Part shown: one piece after another, positions 1 through 7,800 of the stretch
How positions within the stretch are numbered: position 1 is the stretch's first letter
How the letters are laid out: every line of letters starts with the position of its first letter
IMG/VR virus record: IMGVR_UViG_3300025736_000017
Direction: 5' to 3' (one strand)
Source of the DNA: an uncultured virus (IMG/VR IMGVR_UViG_3300025736_000017)
Taxonomy: Duplodnaviria > Heunggongvirae > Uroviricota > Caudoviricetes
Length of the DNA stretch: 20,000 nt
The notes under the pieces: model-generated
Databases searched by the model: none
What the model saw: the letters and a program-made list of their open reading frames with translations, nothing else
Told to the model about the DNA's origin: nothing
Program-made: the position numbers and the translations under genes

Positions 1-148
1 TTTCTAGAAGTTTAATAGCCTCTGGTGCAGTCTTTACCCATGTCTCGCTACCAGAAGCACCTTTCTGTCTTCCTATGTCTGATTGAGGATCTCTCGCATC
101 ATCTAACCATATAGCAATCCCAGTTTGTGCTGTTTTATACCAGTTCAT
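1..148 (-). CDS. Cyclic-phosphate-processing receiver-like domain protein carrying the MNWYKTAQ tag (3' end runs off the window)
   Basis: Hand translation from ATG at 148: MNWYKTAQTGIAIWLDDARDPQSDIGRQKGASGSETWVKTAPEAIKLLE... The W-L-D-D-x-R-D-P and W-V-K-T-x-x-E-A-I-x-L-L motifs are typical of this receiver family. It is not in the ORF track and has an ATGA overlap with the upstream gene's stop. Confidence 0.7.
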   Translation of the reverse strand, partial: MNWYKTAQTGIAIWLDDARDPQSDIGRQKGASGSETWVKTAPEAIKLLE

Positions 149-525
149 ATAGGAATTACCTTACTAACTGATTCTGTAAAAATTCTAAGATAAGCTCCTC
201 CATGTGCTGTTTCTCCGTCATATCCAAAATCAACCAATGTTTTATCTATTGTTCTGTTATCTTTGTTTCTTAAATGATCCCATTGTATTTGATTTAACTC
301 TACAGGTTTCTCTCCATCACTAATTTTAAGATTGCTGTAATCAAATAATATCTTATATTTACCTTTTCCTTCTCCGCTTGCAATATCTCCTATGTGAGCA
401 TATAGACCTGGACCATTCCAACCTGAACTAGATGCAATAAACTGACTACTAGACTTTATGCTACTATAAGAGTCTTTATCAGTTAAATGGGTAGCATATA
501 GTTGTGCTTTTTTATACCAACTCAA
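145..525 (-). CDS. Hypothetical protein with the xWYKKAQ tag; possible ADP-ribosyltransferase-like fold
   Basis: TTG start. The H-x-T...I....F...G-x-x-G-P-G-L-Y pattern and the later GYDG resemble small phage ART-like domains. This is motif resemblance only. Confidence 0.5.
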   Translation of the reverse strand: MSWYKKAQLYATHLTDKDSYSSIKSSSQFIASSSGWNGPGLYAHIGDIASGEGKGKYKILFDYSNLKISDGEKPVELNQIQWDHLRNKDNRTIDKTLVDFGYDGETAHGGAYLRIFTESVSKVIPI

Positions 526-551
526 TTTATAGCCTCTTTATACCAGTTCAT
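522..551 (-). other. Tag-only mini-ORF MNWYKEAIN*
   Basis: ATG AAC TGG TAT AAA GAG GCT ATA AAT TGA. Its stop overlaps the TTG start of the next tagged gene. Confidence 0.5.
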
Positions 552-586
552 ATTATATATTTCGCAAAAAAATAGATAAATCCTTA
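552..586 (-). promoter_or_regulatory. Putative class-2 promoter (AGGA-N16-CGAAAT)
   Basis: The minus strand reads AAGGATTTATCTATTTTTTTGCGAAATATATAAT-ATG. The same layout recurs upstream of five other genes. Confidence 0.45.
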
Positions 587-589
587 AAT

Positions 590-625
590 AAAAAAAAGAC
601 CACCCTCAAAAAGAGTGATCTTTTT
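590..625 (-). terminator. Rho-independent terminator
   Basis: Minus strand GATCACTC-loop-GGGTGGTC stem followed by a T run, just after the stop at 642. Confidence 0.65.
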
Positions 626-641
626 CCTTGTCTTTTAACAA

Positions 642-1778
642 TTAACCAACAGGTACTCCATCAAGAAAACCAACTTTATTACCCTCAAGATTCTTAATCC
701 CGCCCTCTCTCAACATCTTAACAAACTCAGGCTGAAAAACAAAATAAAGACGAATAATAGCAGAAGCTTCTTCATTCCAATCTTTCATGTCTAAAGTATC
801 TTGTTGCAATTCCTGATCAATCCTAGCTCCAGCACCAACAGAAACAGCTTTAACTTCAGTTTCTTTATAAAGTTCAGGTCTTTTAGCTCTTGCTTCTTCT
901 CCAGATAGAACTTTAATGTCATCACAACTATAATTTCCAGACCTTCTAATAGGTTCTACCATAGCTTTTAATAAGGCTGTTTTTTCTTCTCCCGTAATTT
1001 TATGATTATCTGGAGTATGTAAAGGACTAAAAAACATTGGCTGACTCCATGTAGTTCCGTTGCTAGAATTACTATTAGTGGAAATACTATTACTAGAACT
1101 GCTTGTTCCATTATAAACTGAACTTCCATAAGCTGAACAAGGAGATACTCCACCCATTCCCACGCTACAATCGTCAAGAACTATTCCACCTCTAGTCAAC
1201 TCTTCTTTTACCATAACCCTTGGATTTTTAGGCTTAAAAAAAGCAAATCCAAAAGCAGGAACTGTATTCTCCTTCCCAATGACAGCAGAAGCAACATCTC
1301 GCTCCTCTTCCTCAGAGAAAAAAAACTGTCTTACACTTCCATCAGGTTGTCGAAAACCGTCCCACCAAAGATCTCCTGTACTTATATAGTTCTGAGGAGG
1401 AAGCTTATAACCACATTCCTCGCAATATCTTTCATGAGAAAGATTACATCCATGAATAGGACATTTGTCTTTATACTGTTCGAGATCAATCGTATTAATC
1501 TTTTGACCAGTAATAGGATTCATTCCTTTGATGCTAGGCAGAACAGCAGTATTAATAGGATCATTCATGGTAAAGTCAAACCAAAGTCCCCAATCAGCAG
1601 AAACTGGGCATACATATGTTCCTGCTTCTCTACTCCAACTTTCAGGTGCTGCCGGTAAAGCAGCAATCGGAAAAACCGGAACTGGTGATCCAGGTGGTAA
1701 TCTATGAACTCTATCTCCCACTAATCTTTCAGCCATCATGAGTCTGGCTTTGAACCCAGCATGCTCCATGTGGTCCAC
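642..1778 (-). CDS. Conserved hypothetical protein with a Cys/His Zn-binding insert
   Basis: 378-aa ORF. The motifs QNY...WWDGF..PDGSVRQF and VGAGARIDQ.L..D....DW recall an uncharacterised bacterial/fungal family (from memory). It has a CPIH-C...CEEC cluster. The start site is uncertain. Confidence 0.7.
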   Translation of the reverse strand: MDHMEHAGFKARLMMAERLVGDRVHRLPPGSPVPVFPIAALPAAPESWSREAGTYVCPVSADWGLWFDFTMNDPINTAVLPSIKGMNPITGQKINTIDLEQYKDKCPIHGCNLSHERYCEECGYKLPPQNYISTGDLWWDGFRQPDGSVRQFFFSEEEERDVASAVIGKENTVPAFGFAFFKPKNPRVMVKEELTRGGIVLDDCSVGMGGVSPCSAYGSSVYNGTSSSSNSISTNSNSSNGTTWSQPMFFSPLHTPDNHKITGEEKTALLKAMVEPIRRSGNYSCDDIKVLSGEEARAKRPELYKETEVKAVSVGAGARIDQELQQDTLDMKDWNEEASAIIRLYFVFQPEFVKMLREGGIKNLEGNKVGFLDGVPVG

Positions 1779-1823
1779 ACTTCCTCTAGGAGCGAGTTTC
1801 TTCGCAAAATTGGGCTGTGTGTA

Positions 1824-2609
1824 TCATTCATTATTTTTATCCTCCACATCAGCGTTGTTAATATCGAGGTCAGTTATACTCGGAACTACCACATCAGCCG
1901 ATTCATCGTCTGTTACGCTGGGAATAACTGTGTCTGCCATATAAGAGACAGAAGTTTCAGCACTATATACTCCCTTGCTGAGATCATCAGACATTTTATG
2001 CCTTGCTCTGGACAAATGCTGCATTGCGACTTCAGTTCCAACTCCTCCTCTTGCGTATTTTACAGTATTACCTTGAGAAATACCCATCTTTTTAGCTTCT
2101 TCAAAAATGCTATCTTCACAACCTACCATAGCAACAACCCATTGACCAGTCGTTTGAACTTCGTCAATAAGTGTCTTGCAATCTTCGAAAGAGAATTCTT
2201 GCGAAGTATTTTCATATCCATCAGTAAAAATATTGACAAATACTTTAGTATTCTCATCTTTAAGTTCTTCTACGATTTCGTTACGAAGACCATTGATCCC
2301 GCCTCCGATAGCATCGCACATTGGAGTTCCACCACCAGTAATGTAATTCTTGGCAGTAAGATCTTCTATTTCAGATGATGATTGTTTCCAAGCATCATAT
2401 TTAATCGGTTCATTACCGCCATAACCTCCACCGCCGAATGTTACCAAACAATAAATATGTTCTTGGTTTTCAAACTCTTTTGCGTCTGCTCTCATTGATT
2501 CTATCTGAGTATTAACGCCTTTGATCGTTTCTAACTTTACGCTTCCCATTGAACCGCTTCTGTCAAGTATTATCAAATGATAGATTTTAACGTCTTTTTT
2601 TATAGTCAT
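1824..2609 (-). CDS. von Willebrand factor A (vWA) domain protein
   Basis: MIDAS motif DRSGS, then GGTPMCDAI and IFTDGYEN. AGGAG RBS upstream. Confidence 0.9.
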   Translation of the reverse strand: MTIKKDVKIYHLIILDRSGSMGSVKLETIKGVNTQIESMRADAKEFENQEHIYCLVTFGGGGYGGNEPIKYDAWKQSSSEIEDLTAKNYITGGGTPMCDAIGGGINGLRNEIVEELKDENTKVFVNIFTDGYENTSQEFSFEDCKTLIDEVQTTGQWVVAMVGCEDSIFEEAKKMGISQGNTVKYARGGVGTEVAMQHLSRARHKMSDDLSKGVYSAETSVSYMADTVIPSVTDDESADVVVPSITDLDINNADVEDKNNE

Positions 2610-2759
2610 TTTTTTCTCCTAAAAATAAGTTAAAAAAGTGGGATTTTTCACCTTACTCTCTAACTTTAATTAATTTAAAACCTTTTGTTGCCGTTGAATG
2701 GATCTGATTTAACATTTCCATCTTTATTGGCGGTCACAGACTTGAGAGACGGAAGTTCA

Positions 2760-2900
2760 TCAGTCTTCGCAAGTTCATCTTGAACTACCACACCCTAAAG
2801 GATATGGATTCTCAGGAACAACAGACTAATGTCTGTTTATTTACTGAGCTATCACGGTCGTCCCGACCGCTTAAAATTCTTAACCCTTCATCTAAAATAT
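2760..2900 (-). ncRNA. Predicted TnpB omegaRNA/reRNA (scaffold ends at 2780, guide from 2779 downward)
   Basis: TnpB guide RNAs are known to overlap the tnpB 3' end and the right end of the element. The 5' boundary given here is approximate. Confidence 0.55.
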
Positions 2901-4140
2901 TCAATGAAGCATTTAAGTCTCGATCATGTTTTGTATGACATGTATCACAAGTCCAAACACGATCTGCTAAAGTTAAATCTTTTTTCTTCCAACCACACTT
3001 GTTACAAAGCTTAGAACTAGCAAAGAATCTATCTATCTTAACTACTTCTCTGCCATACCAATCAGCTTTGTAAACTAGCATTTCTACGAATTTACTCCAA
3101 GAAGCATCTGAAATACTTTTAGCTAAACAGTGATTTTTAACCATATTTTTGACACTCAAATCTTCTAAACAAATAACTTGGTTTTCGTTAATTAGTTTAG
3201 TTGATAATTTGTGTAAAAAATCTGATCTCTTATTAGCTATTTTTTGATGTATTTTAAATACTTTTTGTCGTTGTTTAAATTTTCTATTACTTCCGTTTTT
3301 TCTTTGACTTAATTTTCGTTGTGCTTTAACTAATTTACTTTCTAACTTTCTAAGATATTTAGGATTAGATACCTTCTCATTGTCAGAAGTAATAGCAAAA
3401 TCTTTAATCCCTAAATCTATACCTATTTCTTTATCTATCCTAGTAAACGTTTTAATCTCAACTTCACATAAAATGGAAATATAATATTGATTTAAAATAT
3501 TTTTGGTAATTGTGACTGATTTGATTTTTCCTTCTACTTCTCTAGACTTTCTAAATTTAACAAAACCCAACTTAGGCAATTTTATGTGATTATCCTTAAC
3601 TCTAATAGAATTATTTATACTTATTGTTCTATAAGAGTTTTTAGGATTCTTTTTAGATTTATACTTGATAGAGGTTTTTTGTTTATTCTTTAGTTTCCTA
3701 AAGAAATTCTTATAAGCCTTTTCTAGATCTATTCTTGCTTGTTGTAAGGCAATTGAATCGACTTCTTTAAGGAATTCATATTCTTGTTTATATTCTTTCT
3801 CTGTTTTACTTTTAGATTCATCTTTATTCTTGTATTTCTCTTGTTTCTCGTAAAGCATACAATTATAGATTAGTCTTGAGCATCCTATCGTTTTGTTGGG
3901 TTCTAATTTATATTTGTATGCTTTAAATTTCATTTGACGAAGAAAGACCTCTGACAAGCATAGGAAGAAGTCAAAGGTCTTTTGCGAGTTTCCTCACAAT
4001 TAATATTTTAATTATAGTTTCCTATGCTATATCTATACATTCTATGTCGATTTATTAATTCCTTTATAATTTTTAAAAAAAATTATAAGTTGAGATTCAT
4101 CTCCCCCCGTGAACGAGGGAGTCTTCTCTCAACAATGTCA
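2780..4140 (-). mobile_element. Non-autonomous IS200/IS605-family (IS1341-like) element carrying tnpB only
   Basis: The right end reads GAAT-CCATATCCTTTAGGGTGTGG-TAGT-TCAA, which has the IS608-type GAAT guide and TCAA cleavage site. The left end reads TTTAT|TGACATTGTTGAGAG-AAGA followed by the CTCCCTCG-TTCA-CGGGGGGAG hairpin, with the guide at +16..+19. No tnpA lies between the ends. Confidence 0.8.
2812..3933 (-). CDS. tnpB: RNA-guided endonuclease TnpB
   Basis: RuvC motifs GIDLG, EDL and DRDLNAS; Zn finger CNKC/CDTC; KAYKY N-terminus. The likely start is ATG 3933 (MKFKAYKYK). Confidence 0.93.
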   Translation of the reverse strand: MKFKAYKYKLEPNKTIGCSRLIYNCMLYEKQEKYKNKDESKSKTEKEYKQEYEFLKEVDSIALQQARIDLEKAYKNFFRKLKNKQKTSIKYKSKKNPKNSYRTISINNSIRVKDNHIKLPKLGFVKFRKSREVEGKIKSVTITKNILNQYYISILCEVEIKTFTRIDKEIGIDLGIKDFAITSDNEKVSNPKYLRKLESKLVKAQRKLSQRKNGSNRKFKQRQKVFKIHQKIANKRSDFLHKLSTKLINENQVICLEDLSVKNMVKNHCLAKSISDASWSKFVEMLVYKADWYGREVVKIDRFFASSKLCNKCGWKKKDLTLADRVWTCDTCHTKHDRDLNASLNILDEGLRILSGRDDRDSSVNKQTLVCCS

Positions 4141-4173
4141 ATAAATAAAACAAATAATAATTTTCTCATAATT

Positions 4174-4695
4174 TTATTCCTTTTCCCAGGGAGCTTTTGA
4201 ATCTAATATTTTTTCGACAGAAGGATCGTATTCGAAATTATCTATCATTCTTTTTAAAGCATCATCTGGAACGCCATGCTTGTTCCTTCCTTTTAAGAAT
4301 TCAAAATTCCATTTTCCTTCATCATCATATAAATCAGGATTCCAATCAGGTTTTTCGAATTTAACTTCATACCCGTATTGTTGAGCCAACTCTACACTCT
4401 TACGGATTTCCCACAATTTAATGTGAGTATTATCTACAACGACTGGAGAAATCCCTTGTTGCATCGCTTCTTCAGTTCTGTTTTGATTCCATTTATGAGC
4501 AACAGACAATTTCTTAGCATCAAAATTATAATTACCTTCTTCATCGTAGAAGTAATCATCAGTACTTAATACGACTCCATCTTTACCTAAGTCGTTAGCC
4601 AATGTTGACTTACCTGAACCAGATACGCCACGAACGATATATAATAACTTGCCTTGCTCCGACTCTTGTGCTTCTTTGTCCCAGTTTGTTGCCAT
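4174..4695 (-). CDS. N4BP2-like P-loop (AAA_33 / polynucleotide-kinase-like) protein
   Basis: Walker A GVSGSGKS, then STDDYF, AHKWNQ, VVDNT and RNKHGVP motifs. The N-terminus MATNWDKEAQ resembles the tag. Confidence 0.85.
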   Translation of the reverse strand: MATNWDKEAQESEQGKLLYIVRGVSGSGKSTLANDLGKDGVVLSTDDYFYDEEGNYNFDAKKLSVAHKWNQNRTEEAMQQGISPVVVDNTHIKLWEIRKSVELAQQYGYEVKFEKPDWNPDLYDDEGKWNFEFLKGRNKHGVPDDALKRMIDNFEYDPSVEKILDSKAPWEKE

Positions 4696-4864
4696 CAGAT
4701 TCTTTCCTTTATATTAAAATTCAAAATTAATTATAACATAAAAGTTGTCACATTGCTTGTTTAATTTATTGGTTGGCGAGGTTTATTAAGTTATTATTTA
4801 TTAAAAGTAAATCATAACCACCAACTGTATCCATAACTGCTGTGCCATCTTTTTCTCCTTATAT

Positions 4865-7800
4865 CTAGATATTGCCCAGAGGCATAGTACCTAATTGACG
4901 CGGGAAGAATTCAACACCATCACCATTTCCACCACCATCAGTACATCCCCAAGCAACGACTCGCGTATCACCACTAGCAGTATTATTAGATACAACTAAA
5001 CCTGTTTCTGATATGATAGTTGTAGTTGTCCCACCAGAAGGCTGGTTTCCAGTTAAAGTTCCAATTAATTCAATAGAAGATAATGTTGGAGTTTTAGAAG
5101 TAATCGCCGGTTCGCCAATCTCATACAACGACTCTAATTGAGCAACAGACAATGGAGTATTCCAAACTGCTACTTCATCAATCACACCATTAAAATAACC
5201 GCGCCTTGTAGTGCCATTAGTCTGCATACTAGTACCAAAAACTAATGGTTGACCAGAATACCAATCAGGGTCTTCAGTCATAGCTACAGAACCATCCTCA
5301 ACTGCATTAAGATATACTTTGTGAGTAGAACCGTTGTAAACAATGGCAGCAAAATACCATGTACCATCAACAATAGTGGTAGAACCTGTGACTGGGACGT
5401 TCACACCATCTGACAGCTTTTCTGTATCGCCAGCCAGTTTGACTCCAGATACTGTGTTAATACCAAGCATGTAGTTAGCATTAATGCCAGCAGGAGATTC
5501 AGACTCGGCACAACCTTTGGCTACTATCGGCTCAAAACTAGCAATGCCACCATTTCCTGTTGTATCACCATCGCCAGTACCTGTTCTATTAAACCAACAA
5601 GTTACAGTATACTGTTGACATCCCATTGCGGTTGGGCCAGTTCTTGGAAGTGCCGCCTCTGCATTTTCTAACTGAATATAATTAGTGCTACCATTAAAAG
5701 TAGCAGCAGTGTCAACATCTCCAGGTATGGCTCCAGCCGTTCCGAATGTCGTGCCGACCACAGCTACACTATCATTGTTGTTAGCTGTTTCATCTATAGC
5801 TTGACTAGCACCGAGAGACTCCCCAAGTCTCCAATATCCTTTAAGGTTAGCACTCTCAATAGCTTTAAGTGTTGTTTCATAATCAGCAGCACCGCCAACG
5901 CCACCAGTTCTATCGAAAGTCGCAATTATTTGATTGTATCGACCATCAGCAAGTGTGGATATGTCCAGACTGTTCGCTCCATCATCTAATGAAGCAAGTA
6001 TCGAATCTTTGGATGTAACTCCATCATCACTACTGTGGACGACTACATCTATAGACTGACCATCGACCATAGATGCTGTGGCTTCTATTGTATCCCATTC
6101 GACTTCTTCGCCAGCATCTTCCCAGCTAGATGTATATATTCCAGTGTCGAATCCACCTTCTACCCATATAGCTCCAACCTCAACTTCATGCTGCGTAGTC
6201 TTACTCAAATCGTATGTAGCACCCACAGCGATAGTAGTTGCTGTTGTCCCAACATCGGTTGCGTCAACAGTTGCAGTATATTGAGTCGCATCAGAATACA
6301 ATTCTACGTTTGCTGGAGTATCTCCATCTACAATAGCTTTAAAGTCAGGAAGAGTTCCAGGTGAAACTGTAGGTGCTCCAGTTACGGCAACACCAGCCCT
6401 AGTTCCATCACAAATACGCCATACGCCAGTTTTAGACGCACCGCTTGATCCGATACTATGCAATGTCTGAAGTTGAGTCAACGTTAAAGCTTTATCCCAA
6501 ATTGCAACTTCGTCAATTACGCCATTAAAATAACCGCGCCTTGTAGTGCCATTAGTCTGCATACTAGTACCAAAAACTAATGGCTGACCAGAATAATAGT
6601 CAATGTCATTCGTAGCAGATATTGATCCATCCTCGACTGCATTAAGATATACTTTATGAGTAGAACCGTTAAAAACAATAGCAGCGAAGTACCATGTGCC
6701 ATCAACAATAGTGGTAGAACCTGTGACTGGCTTATTTAAACCGCCAACCATTTCTTCTGTGTCTCCTGATAGTTTATTATCCCCTACTGTATTGATACCA
6801 AGCATGTAGTTAGCATTAACTCCAGCGGGAGATTCAGACTCGGCGCAACCTTTAACAACCAAAGGCTCAAAACTAGCAATGCCACCACCGCCAGTTCCAG
6901 TACTAGTGCCATTGCCTGACCTCTTAAACCAACAAGTTACAGTATAATACCTCGCGCCCATCGCAGTTGGTTCTGTCCTTGGTGCTGATGCTGCATTTTC
7001 TATTTGAACGTAACTAGAGCTACCGTTAAATGTTGCTGCGGTGTCAGCATCCCCAGATATACCACCAGCCGTTCCGAATGTCATGTTAGCTAAAGCTACA
7101 CTATCATTATTGTTAGCTGTTTCATCTAAGACTTGACTAGCACCAGCACCTTCTCCAAGTCTCCAAAAGCCTAGCAAGTTAGCACTCTCAGTACCAGTTA
7201 CAGTCGATTCGTAATCAGCAGTTGTAGTCCAATCTGAGCCTGCATATTCGTAGTGAGTTGTATCTTCATACCTATAAATGGCATTACGCATTCTGAAAGC
7301 GTCATTGCCTTGGGCTTCACCGGCACTATCAACGAACGTAACTGTATAGTCTGAAATTGAACTCTCACCAGGAGGGAGATTGAATACGGCTAGAGCCTGA
7401 GCATAATCAACGCCAGTAGGTGCTTGTACCCATAAATAATCATTAGAGCCAGGATTGTCCGCAAAACTTGAATCTCTTAAAGCCATAGACCCGCCATCAC
7501 CAGCAAGTGCCCAGATAGCCGTGTTGTCTGACCATTTTAAATTTGCTAAACTCTCGCCGGTAACTTCTGAGAAATCCTGATAATATCCGCATCCAACAAT
7601 GCCATCTTTAACGTATACTAAATCACCAGAACCGTCTTCCCAAGAAGAACCGCTAATCTCTCTAGAATATTCTGACAAAGTTGCTGTTTGACTTGTTAAT
7701 GACTGAAGAGTACCGCCGCCCTGAAGTAGCTCAACTTCGAATTCGTATGCATCTTCAGTTAAGCCGCTAATAGCAGCAGTGATGTCTTGATCGTCACCAG

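Noticed and set aside
3958..4140. tnpA transposase or group I intron (IStron)
   Set aside because: Only ~200 nt lie between the left end and tnpB, with no HUH/Y1 ORF and no recognisable intron core.
5150..7225. Diversity-generating retroelement TR/VR pair
   Set aside because: Both copies are in-frame domains of one gene, the differences are not adenine-specific, and no reverse transcriptase is present.
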